A stretch of 64,000 bases of DNA, taken from NCBI RefSeq assembly GCF_001194135.2, contig NC_069005.1, forward strand, positions 15,802,926 through 15,866,925, in the 5' to 3' direction. This DNA comes from Octopus bimaculoides. Lineage: Eukaryota. Position numbers and translations under genes: made by a program. How positions within the stretch are numbered: position 1 is the first letter of the stretch; the number at the start of each line of letters is the position of its first letter. The notes beneath the pieces were generated by a model. That model did no database searches. It worked only from the letters and a program-made list of their open reading frames with translations, and was not told where the DNA came from. Positions 25,449 to 38,862 of this stretch are shown piece after piece.

Positions 25449-27878
25449 CCTTCTGTCTACCAATGAGTCCAGTGGACCCATTTCAGTTTTTCAGTTGCTT
25501 TTTCCTACTGTTTATATTAATTGATTCTGCTGATTTCTCGTGACTCTTATATTTTCTTGACTCTCTTTTATTTGTCAAATAGGAAATTTTCCATATGTTT
25601 ATAAAAACTAGAAAATTTCACTTTATACATTAATTACCATATGGTTCCATTGGACCCTCGAATTAAATTCAGACAATACTTTTGTCATTCTATACAGAAT
25701 AAAAGTAATATCAAATATTATTTTCCTAGATATTTATCAGATACAAAATAGATAAAATTGTATTCAATTTATTTGCTGAATTTTAGATAAAATAGGAAAG
25801 ATTATGAAAATATTCCTGTAAATTTGTGTGGTTTTGCATCATCTTCAATCAGCTAGATTATAGGGTGATGCAATATTTCTATGTGATGATGCAATTTTTA
25901 CAATATATTGCATCATCTTTCAGGAGAGTATAAATATGTGAGAGAGTAATATCTGCCTTTAGTCTGCTATCAAGTTTCATGTAGTTCAGTTGTGCTTTCC
26001 AATATACCTAGACGTGAAAACTTGAATGAAGACCAAATATCGAAAAGGTTATTGGAATTAGATGAAGAATGGGAAGAAGATAGTAGTGATTCCTTCTATT
26101 GCTCTGAAGATGATGGTGAAAGTGATTGTGTGTTGGACAGTTTAGGTTCTGTGTCATCAGATGATGAAGATACTCAAAAACAATTATTTGCAAGCCACCA
26201 ATTATGAATGAGCATTATGTTTCTAGAGACAGACAAGAAGTTTGGCATTCTAATCCTCCTACTCAAGCAGCAGTAAGAACTTCATCTTGCAATATCATGT
26301 GCCAAGAATGTGGACCATCCCAAAAGGTCTTGCGATAGCATTCAAACATGTTTTACTATCTTTATGTGCCAGAATCTTCTTGAAGTAATTTGTAAATGGA
26401 CAAATGTTGAAGGTCTGGTTGTTTAATGGAAGGAAATTGATCATTCTGATTATTCTTATAGGTGTTTATAAATCTAAACATGAAAATGTCACAGTTATGG
26501 AATTAAGAAGATGGCCGCCCAATATTCAACAAAATTATGAACCAGGGAAGATTTCAACAGTTTTTACAAGTATTGTGTTTTTGATGATGCTAGTACAAGT
26601 AGAAAAAGAGAAGTGATGATAAATTAGAGCCCATAAGAGAAGTACTTGAAATGTGGAATCAGAATGTGCAAGATGGATATGTTCCAAGTTCATGATGACA
26701 GTTGATGAACAATTATTTTCATTAAGAGGGTGCTGCCCATTCCAGGTATATATTCCTTCAAAACCAGGGAAATATAGAATTAAAATTTGGGCAATATGCA
26801 ACAGTGAAAATGCAAATCTACACTGGAAAAGATCCAGTAAAAGGGAGAGAGACAAATCGAGGTTCAAGAGTTGTTGAAGAACAAGTAAAAGAACTTGAAA
26901 ATACTGGTCGCAGTATAACCTGTGATAATTTTTTTACAAGTCTAGGATTGGCTCAAAAGTTGCTTAGCAAGAAAACTACTTTAGTTGGAACAATTAGAAA
27001 GAAGAGAGTTGAACTTCCAAGTGCTTTCACAAATGGAAAAGAAAAAGAAATCAAGAGCACAATATTTGGATTTCAAAAGGATTCTATGATCCTATCTTAT
27101 TGTCCCAAGAAAAATTATGTTGTCACACTTATGAGTACAATGCAGTCTCAGCCTTCAATTGATTCAAGAAGTGCTGAAAAGAAACCTGAAGTTATGTTAC
27201 AACAAAACAAAAGGAGGAGTAGATACCCTAGATAAGATGGTAAGGACATACACTTGCAAAAGAATGACTCAAAGATGGCCTATGGTTATATTCTACAACA
27301 TGATTGATACAAGTGCAGTGAATGCTTTCCTTGTTACTAAACAGCTTCACTTGCAAAGTTTCAAGGATAAAAGAAGACTGTGCCTAATTCAAAAAGCAAA
27401 GGAACTTGCTGGAGTTAATGCTAAAAAAAAAGAACGTGACAAACAATTTTCTAGTTCCACAAACATTTCTCAACCAAACAAGAAAAGACAATCTTCAACT
27501 TCATTTGAGATTCCTCAGCCAAAGAAAAAAGGAAAATGTTCTTTGTGTGACCCCAAAAGAGACAGGAAAATTTGTACTACATTTAAGAATTGTAATATCC
27601 ATGTTTGCTAAGAACATTCCAACGTTGTCTGCATTCACTGCCTTGAAGAGTTGTGATTCTGTATTTTTGTAATTTTTAAACTTTATACCATATTCTGTAA
27701 GCTGTATTTTTTATATAAAAATTTGTGAGAAACAGTAATTTTTCATTCGCCTGATAGTATACATAATGTAGCTAAGAAACAGTGGTAGTTTGAATAAAAT
27801 TTAATTAAAAGAAAAATATTGGGTCCATTGGACTCAGTTGGTAATTAATGACATACATTTTCTCTGGTAAACCAAGGG
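25449..27878 (+). mobile_element. piggyBac transposon (2430 bp), frameshifted PGBD4-like transposase
   Basis: TTAA (25445-25448) and TTGA (27879-27882) flanks; terminal CCTT../..AAGGG; subterminal TACCAATGAGTCCAGTGGACCCA / TGGGTCCATTGGACTCAGTTGGTA; motifs TVDEQL, CDNFFTS, YNKTKGGVDTLDKM, RWPMVIFY; Cys-rich C-terminus CSLC...CNIHVC. Confidence 0.95.
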
Positions 27879-28199
27879 TTGATGTGCAAGAGATTTATTA
27901 CACTAACTTCGTATGAAATAGAATTACTATGTTTTATAACCTGGCATACATCTCAGCTGATTGTTGTTCTCTTACATTACAGAAGTTTTAGGATGTTAAG
28001 CTATTTCATTAAAAGGTAATTGAATGCCATTGTATTCTATGTGTTAATTAAAGTTCCATTATCACAGAACACTCGGCTATTGGTGCATTAGAGTCACTCA
28101 TTTCATTAACTAGAATAAATGTTTTGACTTAACTGTGTAGAAGTGAAACATTAACCTCATTAATACAGCTGTAACTAATGACAACAATTAGGAGAATAA

Positions 28200-28640
28200 G
28201 GGCAGAATGAAAGGTATTCAACTCAATAAAGGATGCACTCCAAACAAAGCTGGACAATGCCATATGTGCCAGACTCTTCAATAGCACCATCCTACCTACG
28301 CTCTTATATGCAAGTAAGATGTGGGCTACTATGAAGAGGATAGAACATTGATTGGTTGTGATGCAAAAGGCCATGGAAAATCCATGACAGGAATATCATT
28401 AAGAGAGCACATTCGAAATGAGATAATTCGAGAACAGAGCAGTGTGAATGATGTGACTGCAGAGTACCAAAAACACAAGTTCTGTTGGGCTGGATATGTC
28501 ATGAGGTTCATAAGACAACAGGTGAACCCATGCAGTTGTCAAGTGGTACCCAAGAGATCAGAAAAGGCTGTTTGGAAGGCCCCCTCAAAAATAGGAAGAC
28601 AATTTAGTCAAGCAATTTGGATCAAGTTGGAAAAGATTGG
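28200..28640 (+). mobile_element. RTE-clade LINE C-terminal fragment
   Basis: FNSTILPTLLYASKMW; ISLREHIRNEIIREQSSVNDV...KHKFCWAGYVMR. Confidence 0.75.
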
Positions 28641-30721
28641 CACAAGCAAGACAAAATGGCAAGTGCATTGTGACCAGTGGTGTGTAACGATATCTGATGG
28701 CCTGGTCAATACTGTGACGTGATTGTGGTTGATTGACACCCCAGTCAGCTTTCCTTGAACAAACCTATACCACATCACCTTTCAATTGAAGAATCATTCA
28801 ATTAAGATTCTCTCATCAGCAACCATGCGATCTTTACTAAATCTGAACCAATCTAAGATTTAGAATGTAAAACAGGTCAAGGATATTTTAATCCTTTGCC
28901 TGTTCTGTTTATCACATGTGTTCATCATTATCATTTAACATTTGTTTTCTATGCTTGTATGGATTGGGAAGAGCTGCCTGGGCTTCACGTCTGTTTTGGC
29001 ATAGTTTTTATGGCTGGCTGTCCATCTTAACACCAACAGAGAGAACTGGGTGCTTCTATGTAGCACTGGTGCAAGTGCTATTACATGGCTCTGGCATGGT
29101 TGCTTTTTACATGGTACCAGCATCAATGAGCCTGCAGGACATAATTCCTTGACATACATGCATCATATATGATACACATTCCCAATTTTTTCAACTACCA
29201 GAGTAAGTTGGGACTTATGAAAGAAAAGCTTTATATTACTCAGATTGCATGCAACGTCGGATGACTAAAAGTCTGAAAACAAGCATGGACACTCAGGACA
29301 GGCAAAGTGTCAAAGATTTTAAGGAATGTGTTGAGTTGGTGAATTGGCAGAATCATTAAAGCACTGAATGAAATGGTTGCAGAATTTAGTTAAGACTTTT
29401 TATGTTCTGACTTTCAATTCTGCCAAATTCAATATTGCTTTTTATCCATGCTGGGGAGGGAGTAGGGTTGATAAAATACTAGTCAAGAACTGTTACCAAC
29501 TTAATATTCCTATAAAACATCCAAGATATTAATGGAATTGAATTGGTTTGCCCATGATCAGTCCATTGCAGGACAAAGGCCCTCTACCAAACATGGTCTG
29601 ATGAGAATGCCATGAATTTAAGCTTGAGATCAACATGGCTTGGCAAAGAGTTGCATTTTTATGTTTATACACATACCCTGGAGTAGTTAAGTTGATTTCA
29701 CTGACCCCGATGTTCAACTGGTACTTATCATTCCTGAAAGGATGAAAGGCAAAGTCAACCCCAGTGGAATTTGAACTCAGAACATAAAGATGGATGATAC
29801 ACCACTAAACATTTCTAATGCTAATAATTCTGAAGAAAGGATTTAGCTGCTATATAGAGCAAATACAAGACTATAAAGTTCCTTGTTTCATTGTTTTTAG
29901 GTAGCTTGGTCTGTTCTTTCTGGCTTTCGCTAGTCATAGTGGAAAGGAAAGTAATTAAACAGTTGTCTGTTCATGATTATCTTATAGTATCCTACCAGCA
30001 GTACTATAGAGAATGTCATCCACAGACCAATGAATTAAGATATGTGATATCTACTTTTATATGTTATTGAGTTACTTGAAAAAGATCTGCCAATCAACCA
30101 CTATCATAATATTTCTTTTATCTTTCTTTTACTTGTTTCAGTCATTAGATTGTGGTCATGTTGGGTCACCTTGAAGAATCTTAGTCAAACCAATTGATCC
30201 CAGTATGTATTTTTTAAGCCAGGTACTCATTCTATCAGTCTCTTTTGCCAAACTGCTCAGTTATGGAGACGTAAACACACCAAGCTTGGTTATCAAGTGG
30301 TGGTGGGGGTGAAAGACAGAAACAAAGACACATACACATAAACAGATGTGGAATTCTTAATTATTACACAATGTTTTCTGGGGGTTTTTTGGGGGTTTTT
30401 TTTACCACCCATCCCTTTCTGTTGAAGAGTAAGCTCAAAAGGTCAAAAACTTTTCCATTTTTACCAAACATCAAACTAACACACCTGCTTATGGTTCCCT
30501 CACCTGCTTTTGATTTTTGTTTCCCATACATTTGAACCATTTATATATTTGAAATAATGTACAGAAATGACTTCACTGAAAAATTTTCCACTTTAATAAT
30601 TAGATGTTTATGAATTCACTTATAAACATCTAATTATTAAGGTAGAAAAATTATCTGAAAAGCCATTTCTATTCATTTTTTTCAAACATAATACTACTGT
30701 ACCAAGGACTTTCTGTTTCTT

Positions 30722-30769
<48 letters not shown>

Positions 30770-30799
30770 TACTGGATGTATAATCTAAGTGTACAGGTT

Positions 30800-31250
30800 C
30801 AACAGAGTGCTAGCGTTTTGAGAGAGAAGTTAGGCAAAAGAGGAATTAGTTGCTGTGTGCAAGAGAGAAGAATGTGTTGGTTTGGTCATGTGATGCAGCT
30901 GAATGCTGACAGCTCTATAAAGAAGTGCCAATCTCTAAGAGTATATAGAACACATGGAAGCTGGAAACCCAGAAAGACATGGGATGATGTACTGAAGAAT
31001 GACCTCAAGATGCTGAACCTTTCAGGCAAGATGACAAAGGACCGAGATGCCTAGCCGTACTCAAGAAGACCCATATTTCACAGCAGGAGTGTGAAGATCA
31101 GTCTCTCTTGTGGTGAAACACTTGTGGCGGTGCCATGTAAAATCCTCTATGTGGTGCCACATAAAAACACCCATGCAGTGTCATGTAAAAACACCCATTC
31201 AGCTCTATGTAAAAGCGTCCGTGTAGTGCCATGTACACTCTGTAAAGTGG
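30800..31250 (+). mobile_element. RTE-like LINE 3' fragment
   Basis: LREKLGKRGISCCVQERRMCWFGHVMQL...KPRKTWDDVLKNDL followed by 3'-UTR repeats. Confidence 0.85.
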
Positions 31251-32159
31251 CTGGAGAAAGGCTGAAGAAACCATGTGGTTGGGAAGCAAGTTTCTTACTA
31301 CACAGCCACGCTTGTGTGTTCTTACCATACACCCATGTCTACAAGTGGAAAATCTCATAATTGTTGTCATTAGTTACAGCTGTGTTAATGAGGTTAATGT
31401 TTCACTTCTACACAGTTAAGTCAAAACATTTATTCTAGTTAATGAAATGAGTGACTCTAATGCACTAATAGCCGAGTGTTCTGTGATAATGGAACTTTAA
31501 TTAACACATAGAATACAATGGCATTCAAGTACCTTTTAATGAAATAGCTTAAGATCCTAAAACTTCTGTAATGTAAGAGAACAACAATCAGCTGAGATGT
31601 ATGCCAGGTTATAAAACATAGTAATTCTATTTCATATGAAGTTAGTGTAATAAATCTCTTGCACATTAAGGAATTATCTATGACTGAACAGCATTTGAGA
31701 TTTTCATTGCTTAGAGCAGAACAATCAAACATTTTATTTTCATTTTATTTTATTTATTTTTTTTTATGTCCAAACCATTACAGAGAAGCAACTATTTCAG
31801 ATCTTTACAAGCAAAGGCAATTTCAACATAGGTTTCTTGTTGATTTTCTTTTGATCATTGTATGCTAGGGGCTTTTCTAGATGAGCAGTGTTGTGAAAAG
31901 GTCTGAAATATTCTGACTGGGTTACTTTGTACAAGAAACTATGTCATTCACTGTCATGATAAGTTTGTTCTTAATTCTGGTGATATCATTAGTCACGACA
32001 AATATTTTAGTGGTGTGATATTGTCTCAGCCATAGCAACATCTCAGCTGTGGTGATATTTGAGCCATGGTAGTGTCTTACTTACAGGTCAGGTCAGAGAT
32101 CTTATCACAGGATGTTGAGACCTGCTACTGGTACAATGTAAACCAGTACTACTTGTTCC

Positions 32160-32340
32160 ATGGTCAAGTGGCCAGTGACTAAACCAGTTGATGTGAGGGT
32201 TGCGAATTTGAGATCGAGATCAAACTGGTCTGATGAGGTTACTCAAAGGGAGGAATGCTTCTTGTCGGCCAAGAGCCTTCCAGTTAGGGAAGGCAATGGC
32301 AACCCACCCCCAATATCTTAGCCAAGAAAACGCTAGGAGA
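32160..32340 (+). mobile_element. Degenerate tRNA-like head followed by an RTE/BovB-type 5' motif
   Basis: A-box-like TGGTCAAGTGG and B-box-like GGTTGCGAATTTG, then GGGAAGGCAATGGCAACCCACCCCCAATATCTTAGCCAAGAAAAC, which resembles from memory the conserved RTE/Bov-A 5' block. Confidence 0.5.
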
Positions 32341-33769
32341 AAGAACAAAGTAATGCTATGGCTTCATCTGATAGGAGAACTCCCATTTAATCAGGATGAC
32401 TTTAATTGTTGTCTCATCAACATGCTGTAGAAGAATACAATACATGATGGCAAGGAGCATCTTACTTCTGGTAACATCTCAGTCATGCTGATGGCTTAGC
32501 TGCAGTGATAGCAGAGATAAGACAATATCTTAACCTTGATGACATCTTAGTCATAGTTATATCTTCATCAAATAAAATCCCAACCAAACCTACTCAATTA
32601 GGCTCAACGCACAGAAATTGTCTATCAAATATTTAACAATGATTTACAGACCCAGTACACTGGATATACTGCATGCCATGCCTGAAAATCATTTTGCAAC
32701 AGTTTTCTAATTCTGTAGCAGCAACCTGTACATGTTCAATCCAGTTTCTTACCAAACCTGATTCAAGACTAAAGATTTCAATGGTGAATTTCAATTACTA
32801 TCAAGCATGCATATGGTTTATTTAGATAACATAAAGCAGATGATGCTTGATAAACAAAATTTATTAACTAGACTACTCGTGACCTGTTGGGTCACCAGGA
32901 AACTCTGAGTTTCCCAGTAACAGTTTTGTTTTGTGGGTTGGAAAGATTTGGCTGCTATTTCTTGCACACCCTACTACCATGTAACAGGTCTTTCAGATCC
33001 TTTATCAAAAATAGCTGTTACGTGGTAGCAGGGCGTGCTAGAAATAGCAGCCAAATCTTTGGAGGGAAGATAGGTTGAATGCACTCGAAAAAAACTGTTT
33101 CACACTGAGGTTACGAACGGGTTTTTTATGAAATATCTACCGTAAATTTTAAGCTATTTTCACTTTAGAATATTTTATTCACTTGGAAATAATTTTATAA
33201 AACATTAAAATATTGTCTGTTTAAGGAAAGCTAAAATATACATACTGTATAAACAGCTTACATTTGTGAAATCACATTCAGTTAAAAATATTAGTAAATG
33301 ATTAAAATATTGTGTTTAGCAAAAGCAAAAATAGAAATTGTAAAAAAAAAACATTATTTTTTTTGTCGTCAACTCATTGTCTAATAGAAAGATAAGAGTT
33401 TCTTCCCTTTCAAGATGAAGATTATTTTCAGAACATTTTCCCATTACACACCATTTTGGGTATTTATACCCCGAAAATCTCTAATATCTTGAAAACTACT
33501 TTACGGATTTACGTGAAACTTGTTTCATTTAATCCATATTAACATTTCAGGGTAAACTTAATTCATAGTATTTTCCCAATGTACACCAGTTTCACTGATT
33601 AACATTACAAGCAAGCAAGCAAGATTGAAACTGACTTTTAATGTATTATAGATGTATGCTATGCACTTTGATGCATATTGAATTTGATATAGATTTAGAT
33701 AGGATGACTGCAACTATACAACTGATGGTTTAGCAATGAAGATTGCTAATTTTGTGATTATAAATAAAA

Positions 33770-34058
33770 AGATGTAGAGAATGGAGAAGGTAAATCTGTA
33801 CTACATATGTTTCAAAGTCAATCTGAACATGTTTTATGTAACTCAAAAGTGTCACATATATTCAGAATAACTTTTTCTCAGGTGTGGTTACATGTGTGCT
33901 GTAAGTTTTTAAGTTGTGATAACTTACAACCTGAAGGTAATCACATCTGAGAAAAAGCTAAGCTGAATATATGTTACAGCTTCAAGTTACATAAAACATG
34001 TTCAAAATGGCTTGGTAATATAAGTAGTATAGGTTCACCTTCTCTATTCTTTACACCT
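33770..34058. mobile_element. Foldback/MITE-like element with ~120-bp imperfect inverted arms
   Basis: 33770-33891 pairs with 33937-34058 (e.g. GAACATGTTTTATGTAACT / AGTTACATAAAACATGTTC; CTTTTTCTCAG / CTGAGAAAAAG). Confidence 0.8.
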
Positions 34059-34186
34059 ATTACTGAGTGGTAAGAAGCTTGCTTCCCAACCACATGGCAC
34101 CTTGGGCAAGTGTCTTCTACTATAGCCTTGGGCCAACCAAAGCCTTGTAAGTGGATTTGGTAGACAGAAACCGAAAGAAGCTTGTC

Positions 34187-34220
<34 letters not shown>

Positions 34221-35559
34221 CTATGTGCATATGTATTTGTATGTTTGTGTCTGTCCCCCCACCCTTGCTTGACAACCGATGTTGGTGTGTGTATGTCCCT
34301 ATAACTTAGCGGCTTGGCAAAAGAAACTGATATAATAAGTGCTAGGCTTACAAAGAATAACTTTGGGGTCGATTTGTTCGATTAAAGGCAGTGTTCCAGT
34401 ATGATCACAATCAAATGACTAAAACTAGTAAAAGAATAAAGAATAAAAGAATATATATTTATGTGTATGTGTGTGTGTGTCTCCTTGCCTTGATGTCACA
34501 TGATGGTTGTAGGCAAGTGTTGCCATCTTGCAACTAGTGTCCTTTGTTTCCAATCTTCCATGAAAACATTTCTGGTCATGGGGAAATATTACCTTACCTG
34601 AAGACAGGTGAGGGTTGGGGACAGAAAAGGCATGCAGCTGTAGAAATATCTGCCTCAACAAATTTTGTCTGACCCATACAGGTATAGGAAAGTGAATGTT
34701 AAACAATAATGACAAAACTGACAGAGATCCATTATTCTATTTTAACACTTAGTATGTGCTGCATGAAGATGTGATATATAACAGTAGCAGATGTAGAAAA
34801 GGAGCAAAAATAGTGTATGCTGTGATAGTTTGTTTTTTTTTGACCATGGTTTATATAAGACTGGACTTTAATAAATGAGATAATGCAGGTATTTCTAGTA
34901 GGAGAGGATGTTATGTTGCAGCTTAAACAAAATAAAAGAATAACCATCCAATAAAATAACATGTGGAACATGTAGAAAGATATAAAGTTAGTAGTGGTTG
35001 TGGTAGTGGTGGGAAGGAGCTGGTTAGAAAATGGTGTTAACAAAATGAGCATGTGCACAAAGACTGGTTCAAATGCATGCACACATATACACATAAATGC
35101 ATCCACAACTGTACACATGCACATGTATGTACAGTGTGCAGACATTGGCAGAGAGACAGACAGACAGACATTGGCATGTGCACAAACACACATATAGCCT
35201 CAGTTACATGCACACAGATAAGCACTCATAGGCACACATAGAAAGAGAGAGAGACTCCAATATATGCTCAAACATATGCATGTACACACACACACACATA
35301 CACACACTGATATATTCACAGATATTCACACATATGCATACAGATTCAGATAGGCATCCACAAATGCATGTTAAGATGTACGCACACACACAGAAACACA
35401 TTCATGCATGCAGAGAAACACACACACAGGCACAGTCTTCCTTTTTGTTTCAGTCATTTGATTGTGGCCATGCTGGATCACACCAACATAGGTTGTCAAG
35501 TGATGATGGGGAGACAAACATAGACACAAAGGCACATACATACATACATAAATATATAC

Positions 35560-35591
<32 letters not shown>

Positions 35592-35863
35592 GTTAGTTGA
35601 GTTAGAGGTTAAAATAACAGTCTAAGGGATAGAAGTATCCATTACGCTACTGGCATATTACCTATAATTAACCATATGCATATGTTTGCAAACATATTAT
35701 GTTCATAAGTTCATCAATGGCAATACGATACAATATTGGAGGTAGAAACAGCTGTCAGATGGAATGCAGTCTATTTGCATTGAATCAATAAATAATTGAT
35801 GAAAGTCAATTGTTGTTCAGCAGTACTTCTCCATTTTCTGTTTTCTTTATATCTATATATATA

Positions 35864-36245
35864 GTGGAGGTGCAATGGCCCAGTGGTTAGGGCAGCGGAC
35901 TCGTGGTCATAGGATCGCGGTTTCGATTCCCAGACCGGGCGTTGTGAGTGTTTATTGAGCGAAAACACCTAAAGCTCCACGAAGCTCCAGCAGGGGATGG
36001 TGGCGCACCCTGCTGTACTCTTTCACCACAACTTTCTCTCACTTTTACTTCCTGTTTCTGTTGTGCCTGTAATTCAAAGAGCCAGCCTTGTTACACTGTG
36101 TCACCCTGAATATCCCTGAGAACTATGTTAAGGGTACACGTGTCTGTGGAGTGCTCAGCCACTTGCACGCTAATTTCACAAGCAGGCTGTTCCGTTGATC
36201 GGATCAAGTGGAACCCTCAATGTAGTAAGTGACGGAGCGCCAACT
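35864..36245 (+). mobile_element. Full-length tRNA-derived SINE family C
   Basis: tRNA head with A box TGGCCCAGTGG and B box GGTTTCGATTCC; 3' end TGGAACCCTC..GTAAG.GACGGAG.GCCAAC. Other pieces at 3078-3120, 12190-12440(-), 20060-20300(-), 59545-59800 and 60200-60250. Confidence 0.85.
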
Positions 36246-37676
36246 GTACTGTGTATATATATATATGACGGGCTTCTTTCAGTTTCTGTCTACCAAATCC
36301 ACTCATAAGACTTTGGTCAATCCAAGGCTATAGTAGAAGACACTTGCCCAAGGTGCCATACAATGGAACTGAACGCGGAACCATGTGGTTGGGAAGCTTC
36401 TTACCACACAGCCATGCCTGTGCCTATACATACATATATATATACATACACACACACACAAAGAGTCCCAGAGTCATGGTAAAGTAGTAGAGAAGACATG
36501 AAGAGAGATATTTCATCAGTGGAAAAAGCCATTAAGAAATCGATTTGATTTGAATTTGAAAGCAAACTATTCTCGACACAGACACGTAATTTGATCAGGC
36601 ATCATCACCTACTAATCTCATGGCCATCCAGCTTGGCCAGATGTCTACAGATAATCATTTGGTGCATAGTAAGTGACTACAATGAAGAGGCTAGTCTTGG
36701 CATTGTTGTTGTTGTTTAGACTTAGGTCAGGCTAGCTTCAGCCAAACTATGATAAAAAGAATGGTCCAACATTGACAATACTGCTACTTTCATTTTGGGG
36801 ATTTTTTCACACCTGGATCTGCTCTGATGAGCAGATCTAAGATCAAAGACCCACAGAGGTCGGTGTCCCTCTTGTTGCTGTTTACAGCCTAAGTCAGGTG
36901 ATCGTGTTTTTTGTTTTTTTTATTTGCACATCTCAATCTGCTCTGAAGGGTAGTGGAGCTATATTCCATCAGTCTCTTTTGAAAATTGCTAAGTTATTGG
37001 GACATAAATAAACCATCACCAATTGTCAAGCAGTGGTAGGGGACAAACACAAACCTACACATATAATCAAAGACATCATCAATCCAAGGTAGAACATGAA
37101 CTGAGAAGTGGGAAGAGAGACAACTATCACAAATATTACCAAAAAACAATAAAGAACTCTGATTTTTATCTAGAACACAAACACCCAAAATTTGGTGATC
37201 AGGTGTCAATTATCTTTTACTTGCTTTCGTGGATGGAAGCCATGTTGGGTTCCCACCTTTAAGGATTTTCATCAAACAAATCAATTCCAGTACTTATTTT
37301 TCTTTTTAAGAGTAGTACTTATTCTATCAGTCCATTTTGCCAAACTGTTAAGTTACGAGGACATAAGTCAACAATCATCAGATCCCTAGTTGTCAAGCAG
37401 TGTCAGAAACAAACACAAACACATCACAAAGACACACACACATATATATAAGTAAATAACATGAGAAGAAGAGAAAGAAAATGAAAATCACAAGCTGCTT
37501 TATTAATCACTATGGTCATTTCGACCTATGCATTGGTCACCTGTGAACGAGATGCTGTACAAATACTTAAACAGCATACTACTGGGTGTATACCCAAATT
37601 TATAATTGTTACTTTTATAATATAGTTATATGCAGTAAGTATATGTGTCTGTGTGTGTGTATATATATATATATGA

Positions 37677-37726
<50 letters not shown>

Positions 37727-37914
37727 NNNNNNNNNNNNNNNNNNNNNNNNNNNNNNNNNNNNNNNNNNNNNNNNNNNNNNNNNNNNNNNNNNNNNNNNNN
37801 NNNNNNNNNNNNNNNNNNNNNNNNNNNNNNNNNNNNNNNNNNNNNNNNNNNNNNNNNNNNNNNNNNNNNNNNNNNNNNNNNNNNNNNNNNNNNNNNNNNN
37901 NNNNNNNNGAGAGA

Positions 37915-37951
<37 letters not shown>

Positions 37952-37981
37952 TGAGAGAGAGAGAGAGTGAGAGAGAGAGAG

Positions 37982-38621
37982 ACGATAAGAAGATGGAGGA
38001 ACAATAGCAATAAGAAATGTGTCTTTTATGCTAGGAATTCATTATTTAATTAGTTAAGAAAGGTGAGAGTGAGTTTACGATCGTTTCTGTGTACCATGGT
38101 GGGGAAGATATATATCTTTGTCTCATTGCCAATGGTAGACATCATCAGAACAAAGAAGTCAGAGGTGGAGAAGAGTGAAAGGTAGAGGGATACATCAGAA
38201 AAGAAAATGATCAAAGGTTCGAAAGTTTTACATTATAGTTAGGCTCACTGTTCGTTAAGTCCGTTGTGAAGTGGAAGAAGAATAGAAGTTAGTTGAACCT
38301 GTGGTCTCATGGTCATTTAATAGCACATGGAAGCCATGCTATTAAGTGACCACAAGATCACAGGTTCAACTGCTATTCTTCAACCTCACAATGGACTTAG
38401 CCTAAATATAATGTAAGACTTTTCTTTTCCGATGTATCCCTCTACCTTTCACTCTTCTCCACCTCTGACTTCTTTGTTCTGATGATGTCTACCATTGGCA
38501 ATAAGGCAAAAATATATATTTTCCTCACATGGTACACAGAAACGATCGTAAACTCACTCTCGCCTTTCTTAACTAATTAAATAATGGCTTCCTAGCCATT
38601 GATCCTCCATTTTCTTATCGT
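37982..38621. repeat. ~640-bp palindrome with a 3-nt spacer centred at ~38332
   Basis: Arms pair throughout (e.g. GTTTACGATCGTTTCTGTGTACCATG / CATGGTACACAGAAACGATCGTAAAC; GGTAGACATCATCAGAACAAAGAAGTCAGAGGTGGAGAAGAGTGAAAGGTAGAGGGATACATC and its complement); two ~25-bp left-arm-only insertions. Confidence 0.95.
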
Positions 38622-38766
38622 GTGTATAAATTAAACTACAGTTTACCCACCAAATTACCTGCTGCTGTATACCTTTTATCAAGGACTATACCTATTGAGG
38701 TAATTACCAGGAGTGCCTTTGGATACATCTATCTCTTAGAGGCTTTAAACACCTCTAACTTATACC

Positions 38767-38818
<52 letters not shown>

Positions 38819-38821
38819 CAC

Positions 38822-38862
<41 letters not shown>

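Larger units (their letters stand above)
25187..31928. repeat. Long inverted duplication: left arm 25187-25448 + 27879-28194 (split by piggyBac), right arm 31354-31928
   Basis: 31354-31928 is the reverse complement of the joined left-arm segments; the empty site GCACA-TTAA-GGAATTATCTA has TTAA at 31666-31669. Confidence 0.95.

Noticed and set aside
30593-30640. Perfect 19-bp inverted repeat
   Set aside because: Real but small and AT-only; probably the centre of an ordinary MITE, with no further signal.
32232-32250. CUGAUGAG...CAAAG hammerhead-like cores (also ~36824)
   Set aside because: G12 is missing, stem III and the cleavage triplet do not fit, and a SINE-body origin is simpler.
35864-35940. 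Possible tRNA gene
   Set aside because: A and B boxes are present but there is no proper acceptor stem, and the sequence continues into a multi-copy SINE body.
38479-38525. Hammerhead in the 640-bp palindrome (CUGAUGA-UGUCU...)
   Set aside because: No GAAA and no stem I pairing in either arm.
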